A stretch of 64,000 nt of DNA, taken from Enterovibrio gelatinilyticus (GTDB taxonomy: Bacteria > Pseudomonadota > Gammaproteobacteria > Enterobacterales > Vibrionaceae). The notes under the pieces were generated by a model that worked only from the letters and a program-made list of their open reading frames with translations, was not told the DNA's origin and did not search any database. The stretch is taken from positions 1 to 64,000 of the forward strand of contig NZ_JAJUBC010000028.1 in NCBI RefSeq assembly GCF_028683095.1, given 5' to 3'. Each line of letters begins with the position of its first letter. Position 1 is the stretch's first letter. The translations under genes and the position numbers were made by a program. Shown here one piece after another: positions 16,167 through 26,685 of this stretch.

Positions 16167-16320
16167 ACCTAAATCTCCATGAGTTCATCATATTGCTCGC
16201 AACACAATCTAACTCCCCCAAATTGCCCCATACTTTCATAAACATTACACCTTAGTAATGAACGCCAAATCCCATGTTCACTTTGGTAAGTTACGGAGAA
16301 CACAGCAAAGGAGACAACCA

Positions 16321-17001
16321 TTGAATCTACTGATCGTGGAAGATGATGTTCACATTCAGCGCTTCTTAACCCAAGGTTTCGAGCAGGAAGGATGCACGGT
16401 GACGTTGGCAAGTTCAGGCAATGAAGGGCTGTATTACGCCACTCATGATCAATTTGATGTGGTCATTTTAGACATCATGCTGCCAGAAATGGATGGCTTA
16501 GAAATGCTTCGCCAATTGAGAGGACAAGGGTTTATCGTTCCTGTCATTATTCTCAGTGCCAAACATTCAGTGGAAGAAAGAGTGAGCGGGCTCCAATGTG
16601 GTGCTGATGACTATCTAGTGAAGCCCTTTGCGTTTACCGAATTGCTCGCGCGCTGCCACACAGTGACTCGACGTGCGCAACCTGACAATGCCATTTCGAC
16701 CCAATTACATTACGACGACCTGCAATTAGACATCATCAAGAGAGAACTCATCAGGGCCAACCTCGCTATCCCCCTCAACAAACGGGAATATGCTCTCACA
16801 GAACTCTTTCTACGCAACCCCGAAAGAGTACTGTCGAAAACCGTTATCTTGGAACAAATTTGGGGGTATCAGTTCGACCCTCAAACCAATGTTGTAGATG
16901 TATTGGTGTGTAGATTGCGATCTAAGGTTGATAAAGATTTTAAGCTCCCTCTTATTCACACCATTAGAGGGGTTGGCTATGTCCTCAGAAAAGAGTGTTA
17001 G
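16321..17001 (+). CDS. OmpR/PhoB-family DNA-binding response regulator
   Basis: Receiver domain (LLIVEDD…D…ILDIMLP…K) plus a winged-helix trans_reg_C. The most likely start is TTG 16321, 7 nt after an AGGAGA SD. The ORF-track ATG 16258 would add a 21-aa N-terminal extension (MNAKSHVHFGKLRRTQQRRQP). The 3' end overlaps the kinase gene start. Confidence 0.8.
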   Translation: MNLLIVEDDVHIQRFLTQGFEQEGCTVTLASSGNEGLYYATHDQFDVVILDIMLPEMDGLEMLRQLRGQGFIVPVIILSAKHSVEERVSGLQCGADDYLVKPFAFTELLARCHTVTRRAQPDNAISTQLHYDDLQLDIIKRELIRANLAIPLNKREYALTELFLRNPERVLSKTVILEQIWGYQFDPQTNVVDVLVCRLRSKVDKDFKLPLIHTIRGVGYVLRKEC

Positions 17002-18445
17002 GAACGCTCTGACACAAACACAAAAGGCGCTTTTTTTTCGTTTTGTCGCAGTATTGCTGACCTGCTTGCTCATCGTACAAATGGTTATCGCAGTCTTGTT
17101 GCTCTATAGGATGCATAGTAATGACATCAAAATTCTTTCTTCTATGGGTGCAGAATACCAACGTATATTGACCTTTAATGGCGCCGAAAAATTAACCCAT
17201 GTGGTAGTAGCAAACCCTGAAAGGCTTCAAGAAAACAACATAACGGTGTTGAAACAAGATGTACCAAACACCACGACTTTTCACTCGGTGTCAGGTGCGG
17301 AATTAACCCCAACCGTATCAGCGTTGACTGCTTTTTCCACTAAGATCTCCAACGCTAAGTCTTCTGTACCCAACAATGAATTATCAGATACTGAAAATTG
17401 GTATCAGCAACTGATAACCGAGTCCTTTCTAACGGTGCCTTTGGTCGCCAAAGACCAAGGTTACATTATGGTGCAGCCCACTTTTTCCAATTTAGATACG
17501 GTTATCAATGAATGGTATCGAATAGGGCTTGCACTACTCGTGTTGGCCACCATCAGTCTTTTATTTGTTTGGCGACTTATCCATTCTACGCTATCTCCGT
17601 TGTTTATCTTGGCACGGCAACTTGATGACGCTAGTCAAAGCCCTCTGGAGAGTATGAGCGATACCTTGAACTTGGCGAAACAGGCCAACAAGAACGATCT
17701 TTCCAGTATCAACCGTAGCGTGAATTTATTGCTAATTCGGCTGCACAAAGTAATCAAAAGCATGGATGACACGGTAAATGCCATTGCACACGACCTGAGA
17801 ACGCCACTGTCCCGTCTGAGGCTGTCTGCTGAGAAAGGATTACTCACAGACACAGAGAGTGAGAATAGCGCTGTAGTAATGAAAGACGCCTTAGCCGACT
17901 GTTTAGAATCATCCAATCAAACCGATCAAATGCTTACTACCTTACTGAAAATCAATGATGAAGTCGCAGGACGCCTTACTCCCAAGCTTTCTCAAGTGGA
18001 TATCAATGCAACGTTGACGAAAGTTGCTGGTTGGTACGAGGAAACAGCGGAGGACCAATGCATTCAATTAGATGTTATAAAAAACGCGTCTTCAACTTTA
18101 CTAACCGATGAGGAAAAGCTCATCCAGATATTGGTTAACCTTATTGATAACGCCCTAAAGTTCACACCGAAAGGTGGCAAGATTCAATTGGCTTATTACG
18201 AGAGAAATGGCTTTGGCAGTATTGCAGTAACGGACTCTGGCATTGGCATTCAAGAAGACAAACACGCTTTAATTTTCAAGAAACTCTATCGTGCCGATGA
18301 AAGCAGAACAACTGAGGGCTACGGTCTAGGGCTCGCCCATGCTATGGCTATTGCAGAAAGTTTAGGTGGGCAATTGACGGTTGATTCAACAGTCGGCAAA
18401 GGCAGTACCTTCACGATTCGTTTAACACGAAATACGTCGCAATAA
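16979..18445 (+). CDS. Sensor histidine kinase with a periplasmic sensor domain between two TM helices
   Basis: HisKA H-box AIAHDLRTPLSRL. HATPase_c N/G boxes (LIDNALKFTP, DSGIGI, GYGLGLAHA). Likely ATG at 16979 (MSSEKSV…), overlapping the response-regulator stop. The ORF-track start 16898 lies inside the response-regulator gene. Confidence 0.8.
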   Translation: MSSEKSVRNALTQTQKALFFRFVAVLLTCLLIVQMVIAVLLLYRMHSNDIKILSSMGAEYQRILTFNGAEKLTHVVVANPERLQENNITVLKQDVPNTTTFHSVSGAELTPTVSALTAFSTKISNAKSSVPNNELSDTENWYQQLITESFLTVPLVAKDQGYIMVQPTFSNLDTVINEWYRIGLALLVLATISLLFVWRLIHSTLSPLFILARQLDDASQSPLESMSDTLNLAKQANKNDLSSINRSVNLLLIRLHKVIKSMDDTVNAIAHDLRTPLSRLRLSAEKGLLTDTESENSAVVMKDALADCLESSNQTDQMLTTLLKINDEVAGRLTPKLSQVDINATLTKVAGWYEETAEDQCIQLDVIKNASSTLLTDEEKLIQILVNLIDNALKFTPKGGKIQLAYYERNGFGSIAVTDSGIGIQEDKHALIFKKLYRADESRTTEGYGLGLAHAMAIAESLGGQLTVDSTVGKGSTFTIRLTRNTSQ

Positions 18446-18448
18446 ATA

Positions 18449-18478
18449 CATGGGCGAGTACCAGCACATCGCCCATGT
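18449..18478. terminator. Bidirectional terminator hairpin between the sensor kinase and the BASS transporter gene
   Basis: catgggcga-…-tcgcccatg 9-bp stem. Confidence 0.5.
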
Positions 18479-18489
18479 AATTCTCTAAA

Positions 18490-19353
18490 TCAGCGGGTGG
18501 AGCGAGCGGCGCAGGTATTCCTGCGGCTCATCACAATCAAGATAATCGCAGGGATGTTCATCAAAATGCCGTATAAGAGAGGCGTCAGCGCCAATTGCGG
18601 CTGATTGAGTTGAACCACAGCAACGAATATCGCCGTACCAGCATTTTGAATACCCACTTCAATGGATAGTGTTTTCGACAATGTCGTGTCACCGCCCAAC
18701 CCTTTCGCAACGACCACTCCCAACGCCATGCCGAGAAAACAAAGAAGGAGCACCGCGATAGAGGCGACGGAAAAGAGTTGATTAAACACTTTCGTGTTCG
18801 CTGCCAGGGTAATTGCCACAGTAAAAAAGAGTGCCCATAACGCCGTGCGACCAGCAAACTGAGCAAATCGCTCAAAGCCTGCCGACGAACAATAGTGCTT
18901 AATCGCCATCCCAAGCAACACAGGCAATAAAGTCACCGCTATAAGCTGCAGGATAGCTGTCTTCAAAGGAATAATGGCTGAAACATCAGACAACACAAAT
19001 GGCAGCATTAAAGGCAAGCTAAACGGAATGATCAAACTACTGATCGCCGTCATCGTTATGGAGAGTGCAGAGTCCCCGCCACAAAGGTGACAGATAGCAT
19101 TTGACGATGCACCGCCAGGCGCCAACGCCAATATCCAAAGCCCTACCGCGACCACCTCAGGCAGGTTAAATAATTGAATCAAGCAATACGCTATGCTGGG
19201 TAAACCAATGAGCTGCGCTGACAAGCCTGCAGCCACTTTACCGGGGAATTGGGAAACACGCTTAAAATCCGCCACAGTGAGAGTTAACCCCACACAGAAC
19301 ATCATCCACGCAAGCGCAACGGGCAAGCCAATGGTGAGCATGGTTTGGCTCAT
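18490..19353 (-). CDS. Bile acid:sodium symporter (BASS/SBF) family transporter
   Basis: 287 aa polytopic membrane protein with BASS-like conserved stretches (…GLWILALAPGGASSN…, …IEVGIQNAGTA…). Confidence 0.7.
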   Translation of the reverse strand: MSQTMLTIGLPVALAWMMFCVGLTLTVADFKRVSQFPGKVAAGLSAQLIGLPSIAYCLIQLFNLPEVVAVGLWILALAPGGASSNAICHLCGGDSALSITMTAISSLIIPFSLPLMLPFVLSDVSAIIPLKTAILQLIAVTLLPVLLGMAIKHYCSSAGFERFAQFAGRTALWALFFTVAITLAANTKVFNQLFSVASIAVLLLCFLGMALGVVVAKGLGGDTTLSKTLSIEVGIQNAGTAIFVAVVQLNQPQLALTPLLYGILMNIPAIILIVMSRRNTCAARSTR

Positions 19354-19451
19354 AAAATATCCTTACTGACGTAGAAACAGCCTACCCTTTGCTTTTGTTT
19401 CATTTTGCTTGTACTTGGCAGGCTGAAATATCAAAACAATCTATCAGATCA

Positions 19452-19480
19452 AAAAAGGCGAACAGTGTGTTCGCCTTTAA
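19452..19480 (-). terminator. Rho-independent terminator downstream of nadA
   Basis: aaaggcgaaca-gtgtg-ttcgccttt hairpin with a T-run on the minus strand. Confidence 0.65.
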
Positions 19481-19499
19481 ACTCGAGGGAGCATCAAAC

Positions 19500-20561
19500 T
19501 TATGCGTTGCCCTTAACTTGGAGTTGCAGATCGGCAGCGAAATCTAACATGCGATTCAGTGGGATCAGAGATTTCACGCGAATTGCTTCATCGACAAAAA
19601 TCTCGTGGTCTTGACCGCCATCTCGTAGCGCAGTCTCAATCGCTTTCAAACCGTTCATTGCCATCCAAGGACAGTGAGCACAACTACGACAGGTTGCCCC
19701 TGCTCCCGCGGTTGGCGCTTCAATCAATTCTTTATCTGGCACGACTTGCTGCATTTTGAAGAAAATGCCTTTGTCTGTCGCGACAATCATTTTCTGCTGA
19801 GGAAGTTCTTTAGCCGCCTTGATAAGCTGACTCGTTGAGCCGACAGCATCTGCCAGTTGTACCACACTTGCTGGAGACTCAGGATGAACCAGAATCGCAG
19901 CGTCAGGATACACCGCTTTCATATCACGTAGTGCTTTTGCAGAAAATTCGTCGTGTACTACACATTCACCTTGCCACAACAGCATATCAGCGCCAGTTTT
20001 TTCCGCAATATAAGCGCCTAGGTGGCGGTCAGGCCCCCAAATAATTTTCTTGTCTTGCTCGTCGAGGTGCTCGACGATTTCTAATGCAATCGATGACGTT
20101 ACTACCCAGTCAGCACGCGCTTTTACCGCAGCCGATGTATTGGCGTAAACCACCACCGTATGATCAGGGTGAGCATCGCAAAACGCAGAGAACCTGTCCT
20201 CAGGACAACCGAGATCCAGCGAACATTCGGCTTCCAGCGTTGGCATGATCACATTCTTTTCTGGCGTCAAAATTTTCGCACTTTCACCCATAAAGCGAAC
20301 ACCCGCAATAAGCAGTGTTTTCGCTGGATGTTTGTTGCCAAACTTCGCCATTTCAAGAGAGTCACCAACAAAGCCGCCCGTTTCTTCGGCCAGCGCTTGG
20401 ATTTCAGGGTCAGTGTAATAGTGGGCAATCATCACTGCGTCTTTTTCAATTAGCAGTTGTTTGATGTTTTCGATGTAGTCTGCTTTTTGCTGGGCAGACA
20501 ACACTTCTGGTTTCGGAGGGAAAGGATATACCGTCTCGGCGGTATTAATAATCTGGCTCAT
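19500..20561 (-). CDS. nadA: Quinolinate synthase A
   Basis: …YPFPPKP…[20 protein letters not shown]…SLEMAKFG aligns with the E. coli NadA N-terminus. Start chosen at ATG 20561 (MSQIINTAE). The ORF track extends 8 codons further, to 20585. Confidence 0.9.
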   Translation of the reverse strand: MSQIINTAETVYPFPPKPEVLSAQQKADYIENIKQLLIEKDAVMIAHYYTDPEIQALAEETGGFVGDSLEMAKFGNKHPAKTLLIAGVRFMGESAKILTPEKNVIMPTLEAECSLDLGCPEDRFSAFCDAHPDHTVVVYANTSAAVKARADWVVTSSIALEIVEHLDEQDKKIIWGPDRHLGAYIAEKTGADMLLWQGECVVHDEFSAKALRDMKAVYPDAAILVHPESPASVVQLADAVGSTSQLIKAAKELPQQKMIVATDKGIFFKMQQVVPDKELIEAPTAGAGATCRSCAHCPWMAMNGLKAIETALRDGGQDHEIFVDEAIRVKSLIPLNRMLDFAADLQLQVKGNA

Positions 20562-20732
20562 CGACTTACTCAGATTTACTAGCAATTCGAGTATTATACC
20601 CAGCTTAAGGTGAAATTTTCATCCTTTAAACTTGCACGACTTCAAGATGTTTACAACCAACGCGTTAGCGACAAAGAAAGGTTGCTTGGGATAAACATTT
20701 GAACGGGTAAATGTTATTTCTCAGCCGCAGAA

Positions 20733-20763
20733 AAAAGAAACCGGCTTAACGCCGGTTCTCGAG
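20733..20763 (-). terminator. Rho-independent terminator downstream of cpoB
   Basis: gaaaccggc-ttaa-cgccggttctc hairpin with a T-run on the minus strand (aaaaaag on plus). Confidence 0.6.
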
Positions 20764-20783
20764 AATATATTGATCAATGAAAG

Positions 20784-21512
20784 CTATTTAAGCTTCTTCT
20801 CAGCTTGATTTGCCGTTGTCGTACCAGGGTATTCTTTAACAACTGCGCTAAATAGACTTTTCGCAGTAGCCACATCACCTTGTTTCTCGGCGATCATCCC
20901 CAATTTCAACATCGCATCTGCACGCTTGCTTGACTTAGCAACTTGGCTCACCGCAGTGAAATGCGTCTTAGCCGCTGCGAGATCGCTTTTGGAGAAATAC
21001 AATTGGCCTAGCCAATAATGGGCATTGGGCTTGTAAATCGATTCAGGATATTTCGCAAGAAACGCATTGAAAGCGTCGGTAGCACCCGCGTAGTTTTTCT
21101 CTTTCAGAATGAGATTTACGGCTGCGTCGTATTGTGCGTTTTCAGATTGATCTGAAGAATATGACTCTTTCGATGCTGTATCTTCAGGCTTGGTAACCAC
21201 AGCGGGTGCTGGCTTAGCATTTCTCACCGCGTCTACCTCTCGGTAAAGCTCGCGCTGACGCTCCAACATCTGTTGTAATTCGTAGCTATTTCTTTCGACA
21301 TTACCGCGCAACTCATCCAGCTCGCCAGCCATTAGCTCTAGCTGGTTTTGCATGTCAATCTGCATCTGATTGCGCGCTTCTAATAGTCGCTCCAACCGCT
21401 CTACAGAGCTATTACTGCCTAACTCAGTCACCGGAGCAGGTGCGGCAGCCACAGGGGCCGCCACACTGACCAGTAACGCCAGCGAAAGAGAACGCAAAGT
21501 GTTACTGTTCAT
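20784..21512 (-). CDS. cpoB: Cell division coordinator CpoB (YbgF), TPR-repeat periplasmic protein
   Basis: Signal peptide, N-terminal coiled-coil and C-terminal TPR repeats (…YWLGQLYF…). It is the last gene of the tol-pal cluster. Confidence 0.85.
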   Translation of the reverse strand: MNSNTLRSLSLALLVSVAAPVAAAPAPVTELGSNSSVERLERLLEARNQMQIDMQNQLELMAGELDELRGNVERNSYELQQMLERQRELYREVDAVRNAKPAPAVVTKPEDTASKESYSSDQSENAQYDAAVNLILKEKNYAGATDAFNAFLAKYPESIYKPNAHYWLGQLYFSKSDLAAAKTHFTAVSQVAKSSKRADAMLKLGMIAEKQGDVATAKSLFSAVVKEYPGTTTANQAEKKLK

Positions 21513-21528
21513 AGGATTTACCTTCTAA

Positions 21529-22050
21529 TTAGTAAACCAGAACCGCACGACGGTTCTTAGCGTAAGCTTCTTCACCTTGGCCAAGAACCAAAGGTTTTTC
21601 TTCGCCGTAGCTCACGATAGCAATTTGAGAAGATGGAACACCCAGTGCTTGCAAGTATTTAGCTACTGCGTTTGCACGACGCTCACCCAACGCGATGTTG
21701 TACTCAGGTGTACCGCGCTCATCGGCATGACCTTCAACAACCACTTTGATCTCTGCATTTGCGCGCAGGAATACTGCGTGTGCATCTAGCATATCTTCAA
21801 ATTGTGGCAACACTGAGTAGTCATCAAAACCAAAGTAAACAGTTTGCGACTGACGCAATTCGTTGTTACGAATCTCTTGCTCAGTCAGGCTGCCTTGACC
21901 GCCATCTACTGGCGTTACAATGGTGGTTTCTGAACCTTTGTTAGTTTCAGAACCCGTGCTATCAGTAGAGCTATCGCTTGAGCTACATGCTGCCAGTGTA
22001 AACATAGGCAGCGCTACAGCCAAACCCTTAAGTACTTTGTTAAGTTGCAT
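21529..22050 (-). CDS. pal: Peptidoglycan-associated lipoprotein Pal
   Basis: Lipobox LAACSS. OmpA-like C-terminal domain (…YFGFDDYS…[22 protein letters not shown]…). Start chosen at ATG 22050 (MQLNKVLKG), with an AAGGA SD. The ORF track extends to 22080. Confidence 0.9.
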   Translation of the reverse strand: MQLNKVLKGLAVALPMFTLAACSSSDSSTDSTGSETNKGSETTIVTPVDGGQGSLTEQEIRNNELRQSQTVYFGFDDYSVLPQFEDMLDAHAVFLRANAEIKVVVEGHADERGTPEYNIALGERRANAVAKYLQALGVPSSQIAIVSYGEEKPLVLGQGEEAYAKNRRAVLVY

Positions 22051-22083
22051 CTTGTTTTCCTTTATATCAAATAAGCGCAAATA

Positions 22084-23436
22084 TTATTGGTATGGGGACC
22101 ACGCAGGCGCTCTCACCCGACCATTTGTAGCTGGTAAACGTGCTTTAAATCGTCCATCAATAGAAACCAATGAAAGTACGTTGTTACGTCCGTAAACCGA
22201 GCTGTAAATTACCATGCTGCCATTTGGGGCAAGGCTTGGAGATTCATCCAACATTGTCTTAGTTAGAATTTCTACCGCACCCGACTGCAAATCTTGTTTT
22301 GCAATGTTGTAGCCCGAGTCCGAGCGGTGCACCATTACAAGGTATCTACCATCCGGAGTCAGTTGACCACCGAGATTCTGGCTGCCTTGCCAAGTGATTC
22401 GGTTAGCAGAACCATCGGCTAAATTTACTCGATAAATCTGTGGTTTACCACCCCGGTCTGACGTAAAGATCAAAGACTTCCCGTCCGGATCCCAGAAAGG
22501 CTCGGTGTTGTTCGCTCGTCCTTTGGTAATTTGCTCCATTTTACGTGTTTTCAGATCTAACACGTAGATTTGCAAACTACCGGTTTTTGACAGCACCAAA
22601 GCGAGTTTGCTTCCATCAGGAGAAAAACGCGGTGAGCCATTGTGACGCGGGAACGACGAGAGCATTTCGCGCTCACCGGTGTAGATGTTCATGATAAATA
22701 TTTGAGCTTGGCCGTTCTCAAAACTCACGTAAGCCAATTGTTTGCCATCAGGTGACCAAGCAGGAGACATTAACGGTTGCTTAGAGCGCAATACCAATAG
22801 TTCGTTATAGCCATCATAGTCAGCTATGCGAAGTTGATAAGGATGCTCCGCTTTATCATCGATAACAACGTAAGCGATTCGCGTCAAAAACGCGCCTTTC
22901 TCTCCTGTTAGCTTCTCATAAACCAAATCGGAAATACGGTGTGCATATTGGCGAAGCTGGTTAGCGGCAACAGTCTTGCGGTTATTGAGAAGAAGATGAT
23001 CTTTAGTCAGAACCAACTCGCCCGAGGTAGATAACCCTTTGCTTTGCCCGCCAGTAAGCTGCCCACGAACCACATCAATAAGCTGGTATTCAATCAGGTA
23101 CTTGCCATCAGGTGTTGGGCTGATTTTCCCGGTAACTAAGGCATCAACCCCCATCGCAGTCCAATCATTAAAGTCAACGCTAGCTTCGCTATACGGCGTT
23201 TGTGGCATTTTATCCGTCGGTACGGGGCTAAATTTACCACTACGCTGCAAGTCTGAGGCAATCACAGACGACACATCGGTGGGTAGCTTACCCTCGCCTT
23301 CCCATTTAAACGGGATAATTGCGATAGGACGTGCTGAGTTTACCCCTTCAGTGATGACCAGTTTTAGCTCAGCTTGCGCGGGTTGAATGGCCGCAAGCAC
23401 TAGCGTAATCACACCAAAGAATACGCGTTTCAACAT
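22084..23436 (-). CDS. tolB: Tol-Pal system beta-propeller protein TolB
   Basis: The N-terminus matches the TolB signal/N-domain (…LVITEGV…[11 protein letters not shown]). WD-like beta-propeller repeats follow. Confidence 0.92.
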   Translation of the reverse strand: MLKRVFFGVITLVLAAIQPAQAELKLVITEGVNSARPIAIIPFKWEGEGKLPTDVSSVIASDLQRSGKFSPVPTDKMPQTPYSEASVDFNDWTAMGVDALVTGKISPTPDGKYLIEYQLIDVVRGQLTGGQSKGLSTSGELVLTKDHLLLNNRKTVAANQLRQYAHRISDLVYEKLTGEKGAFLTRIAYVVIDDKAEHPYQLRIADYDGYNELLVLRSKQPLMSPAWSPDGKQLAYVSFENGQAQIFIMNIYTGEREMLSSFPRHNGSPRFSPDGSKLALVLSKTGSLQIYVLDLKTRKMEQITKGRANNTEPFWDPDGKSLIFTSDRGGKPQIYRVNLADGSANRITWQGSQNLGGQLTPDGRYLVMVHRSDSGYNIAKQDLQSGAVEILTKTMLDESPSLAPNGSMVIYSSVYGRNNVLSLVSIDGRFKARLPATNGRVRAPAWSPYQ

Positions 23437-23448
23437 GAAGAATCCCTC

Positions 23449-24543
23449 TTACTCTGGTTTGACAGTCAGCTCAATATTTTGAAGCTGAGCCGCAACATCT
23501 TTATCTTCCGGCATCGGGAAGGATGACACTTTCAATACAGCGGTTTTCGTCGCCCGACACAGTGACGCGTTTCCACCTACTTCTGTCACATCTAACAACA
23601 AGCCACTGCCGGCTATCCGCATTTTCACTACACACTCTTGACCCAGAAAACTATTGTCTACCAATAAGTTCTGGCGAATCATTTGCGTGTAAATTGCGCC
23701 ATATCTTGAAACTTCGTCACTGACAAATCGCCCTCGAGCCGAACCTCTGTTTTCAGATTCGGACTCGAGACCGCTAAAAAGCTCGTTAAGAGCAGCCTCC
23801 TGCTCTGCTTGCTTCTTACGTGCGGCTTCAGCCTTACGTTCAGCTTCTACACGAGCAGCCTCTGCTTTTCGTGCTGCTTCTTCCGCTTTTTTCTGCTCAG
23901 CGATTTTTTGCTTACGCGCCTCTTCAGCTTTGCGGGCTTCTTCTTCTGCGCGTTTTTTCTCAGCTATTTGACGTTCGCGTTCTTCTTCCGCTTTCTTGCG
24001 TTCTTGCTCAGCTCGAACACGTTCTGCTTCGGCTTTCTTCGCTGCCTCTTCGGCTTTACGCTGTTCCGCGACTTGGCGTTTACGTTCAGCTTCAGCAGCT
24101 GCAGATTTTTCTTGCGCGATACGTGTTGCTTCTTCAGCCTTACGTTGCTCTTCGGCTGCTTTCTGGCGAGCTTCAGCATTTCGTTTACGCTCTGTTTCTG
24201 CTTCGCGTGCCGCTTTCTCTGCAGTTAGCTTTTCGGCTCTTAGTTCACGCAAGCGTTTTTCTTCTTGCTCACGCTGCTTCTCTAGTAAATCGGCTTGCTG
24301 TTCTAAACGTCGTAAGCGGTCATCTTCCTGACGCTTAGCTTCATCGCGTTGCTGTCGAATTTTACGGGCTTGTTCACTGACCACACTTGGGTCAATCACC
24401 ACCGCTTCAATACTCTGTCCTGATGGCTGATGCGAGACTCTAGTGAAATCAGCCCCCCAAAGAAGCCCCACGAAAAGCGCGGTATGTAACAATACAGATA
24501 TGACCGTAGCGCCCGTATATCCTTTATTATCGTTATTCTTCAT
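23449..24543 (-). CDS. tolA: Tol-Pal system protein TolA
   Basis: N-terminal TM anchor, long K/E/A-rich helical domain II, and C-terminal domain III. Confidence 0.88.
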   Translation of the reverse strand: MKNNDNKGYTGATVISVLLHTALFVGLLWGADFTRVSHQPSGQSIEAVVIDPSVVSEQARKIRQQRDEAKRQEDDRLRRLEQQADLLEKQREQEEKRLRELRAEKLTAEKAAREAETERKRNAEARQKAAEEQRKAEEATRIAQEKSAAAEAERKRQVAEQRKAEEAAKKAEAERVRAEQERKKAEEERERQIAEKKRAEEEARKAEEARKQKIAEQKKAEEAARKAEAARVEAERKAEAARKKQAEQEAALNELFSGLESESENRGSARGRFVSDEVSRYGAIYTQMIRQNLLVDNSFLGQECVVKMRIAGSGLLLDVTEVGGNASLCRATKTAVLKVSSFPMPEDKDVAAQLQNIELTVKPE

Positions 24544-24556
24544 TCAGTTTCTCATT

Positions 24557-25003
24557 TCATGAATTATGCGGTTCGGTCATTAGCCCCACGGATGAGACTC
24601 CCGCACTACTCAATGCGTCCAATGTTAAAATGATTTCTGAATAAGGTACGCGTCCGTCGCCTCCCACTAATACGGGAGATTTAGGATTGATTTCCAATTC
24701 AGCTTTTACGCGTACCAGTATATCTTGCATAGAAAGACCACGAGCCATATCACCGTTATTGACACTCAAGCCTAAGCCGCCATTTTGATCGACTTCAACA
24801 ATAATAAAAGCACCACTGTCTTCTTCCTTCGCGAGTTCTGCGGCAGTTTTCGCCGTCGATGTCTGTGGTAACTCAACATCCACGCCTTGTGTGACAAAGG
24901 GGGCCGTTACCATGAAGATAATCAGCAACACCAACATGACATCAATGTAAGGAACGACGTTGATTTCCGCCGTCATCTTCCTACGTTTAGGTTGATAAGC
25001 CAT
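24557..25003 (-). CDS. tolR: Tol-Pal system protein TolR (ExbD family)
   Basis: …EINVVPYIDVMLVLLIIFMVTAPF… is the TolR/ExbD signature. Confidence 0.9.
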   Translation of the reverse strand: MAYQPKRRKMTAEINVVPYIDVMLVLLIIFMVTAPFVTQGVDVELPQTSTAKTAAELAKEEDSGAFIIVEVDQNGGLGLSVNNGDMARGLSMQDILVRVKAELEINPKSPVLVGGDGRVPYSEIILTLDALSSAGVSSVGLMTEPHNS

Positions 25004-25006
25004 GGC

Positions 25007-25693
25007 TTACTCCTTAGGTGCTGCAAACGCCTGACGGTGTAAAATGCTCGAAAACTCTTCCATGAAGTTCACATAGTTATTTTCGAGTTTACCAACTTTA
25101 GATGTCAGCTTGTTGTATGCCATTACCGCGGGTATTGCTGCGAACAGGCCCATTGCCGTTGCCACAAGTGCCTCTGCGATACCAGGCGCCACCATGGCGA
25201 GCGTGGCTTGCTTAACCGCACCCAGTGCAATAAACGCGTGCATGATGCCCCAAACCGTACCAAACAAGCCGATGTATGGGCTAATCGAACCGACCGTGGC
25301 AAGAAATGGCAGGTTGGTTTCCAGTGATTCCACTTCTTTCGAGAGCGAAACTCGCATGGCGCGTGACGTCCCCTCCATCACCGCATCAGGCACTTTGCCA
25401 TTGCTACGGTGCAAACGAGCGAACTCTTTAAATCCAGAGTAAAAAATTTGCTCGCTTCCTGAGAGCGAATCTTTACGCGCTTGAACTTCTTGAAAGAGTT
25501 GCGATAAATCCATGCCAGACCAAAAACGGTCTTCAAAGCGTTCCGCTTTAGTGACAGCTTGGGAAAGCACTTGAGAACGTTTGATGATCATCGCCCAAGA
25601 CATGACAGACATGCCCAGCAGCACCAACATCACTGCTTTTACTAACAGACTGGCCTGTAAGAACAGATCAAGAATTGACAGTTCAGCGCTCAC
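25007..25693 (-). CDS. tolQ: Tol-Pal system protein TolQ (MotA/ExbB family)
   Basis: Three-TM MotA/TolQ/ExbB proton-channel signature (…[13 protein letters not shown]…). Confidence 0.9.
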   Translation of the reverse strand: MSAELSILDLFLQASLLVKAVMLVLLGMSVMSWAMIIKRSQVLSQAVTKAERFEDRFWSGMDLSQLFQEVQARKDSLSGSEQIFYSGFKEFARLHRSNGKVPDAVMEGTSRAMRVSLSKEVESLETNLPFLATVGSISPYIGLFGTVWGIMHAFIALGAVKQATLAMVAPGIAEALVATAMGLFAAIPAVMAYNKLTSKVGKLENNYVNFMEEFSSILHRQAFAAPKE

Positions 25694-26096
25694 TTAAAAT
25701 CTCCGATTGAATCGATGTAGGAATAGATTTAGGTTTCTTTTTCTCAGAGTCGATACAGGCTACCTTAACCGTAGCTCGACACAACACATCACCGTTTGAA
25801 TTCACTAAATCTTGACAGAATGTCATGCTCACTCGACGTAGCTCTGACACCATAGTTTGAACAGTCAGCGCCTCATCAAGTGTTGCGCCTTTAAAAAAGT
25901 CCATATCCATGTGACGAACCACAAATGCCGTATTTTCTTCAAAGAGTGTCTGTTGATTGACACCGATACTACGTAATAGTTCGGTTCTCGCACGTTCGAA
26001 GTACTTGATATAGTTCGCATGATAAACAAGTCCACCCGTGTCTGTGTCTTCGTAGTAGACGCGAATTGGCCAGCTGAATGGAGGGCTAGTGCTCAT
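25683..26096 (-). CDS. ybgC: Tol-Pal-associated acyl-CoA thioesterase YbgC (hotdog fold)
   Basis: …[30 protein letters not shown]… is the 4HBT thioesterase signature. Overlaps the tolQ start by 11 nt. Confidence 0.88.
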   Translation of the reverse strand: MSTSPPFSWPIRVYYEDTDTGGLVYHANYIKYFERARTELLRSIGVNQQTLFEENTAFVVRHMDMDFFKGATLDEALTVQTMVSELRRVSMTFCQDLVNSNGDVLCRATVKVACIDSEKKKPKSIPTSIQSEILSER

Positions 26097-26264
26097 CCGG
26101 ATAATTACCTGAAATCCATATTAAGGTTTAACGAAATACTATAACTGACTTACTCAAGATATTGAAAGCACGAAGCAACGTAGCAGGTCACGAATGGCGC
26201 AAAATAAAACAGCCTGAGGCCAATGGCACTCAGGCTGATGCATAGGTGAGCAGTCACTGCGTCT

Positions 26265-26552
26265 TTAAATGAATGCACTCGATAGGATATAAATCATCAC
26301 AATCCATGCAAATGGCGGGAAGAACACCAATTGCCACAGCCAAAAACGCGGTTTAAACCCCATACCGTGAATAAACCCAGTACACGTTGCCCAAATCAAT
26401 GCTGGGGCATTGGTGAGAGTAAACCCACCAATTTTATCCGCGAATGACTGAGGGTCCCAAATCACAAGACCCGCACATGTCACCGCCAACACCAGTGAAA
26501 ACAACATCAAAACACGCTGAAGAAGACGATCATGAAGACCGTCTAACATCAT
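26265..26552 (-). CDS. ybgE: Cyd operon protein YbgE
   Basis: A ~95-aa two-TM protein immediately downstream of cydX, as in the E. coli cydABX-ybgE operon. Start chosen at ATG 26552 (MMLDGLH…). The ORF-track ORF extends to 26645 only by reading across cydX in another frame. Confidence 0.6.
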   Translation of the reverse strand: MMLDGLHDRLLQRVLMLFSLVLAVTCAGLVIWDPQSFADKIGGFTLTNAPALIWATCTGFIHGMGFKPRFWLWQLVFFPPFAWIVMIYILSSAFI

Positions 26553-26566
26553 TGTGAATCTATTTT

Positions 26567-26671
26567 TCACTGTCGTGATCCATGGCTTCGGTGTGTTCCA
26601 GCCAAAGCGCATTGATGATACCGAACGAGCACGCCAGCAATACACCTAGAATCCAAGCGAAATACCACATG
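26567..26671 (-). CDS. cydX: Cytochrome bd-I oxidase accessory small subunit CydX (34 aa)
   Basis: Hand translation gives MWYFAWILGVFAGVLVRYHQCALAGTHRSHGSRQ*. The N-terminal MWYFAWILG matches the E. coli CydX start. A GGAG SD lies 6 nt upstream. The gene sits between cydB and ybgE. It is not in the ORF track, being too short and overlapped by a longer out-of-frame ORF. Confidence 0.8.
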   Translation of the reverse strand, partial: HVVFRLDSRCIAGVLVRYHQCALAGTHRSHGSRQ

Positions 26672-26685
26672 GTTAACTCCTTCTC

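Noticed and set aside
23809-24338. Three overlapping plus-strand ORFs (139, 172 and 111 aa) antisense to tolA
   Set aside because: They lie inside the highly repetitive, codon-biased K/E/A-rich region of tolA. Such low-complexity repeats keep antisense frames open by chance. There is no RBS, and the products are Leu/Phe/Ser-rich nonsense.
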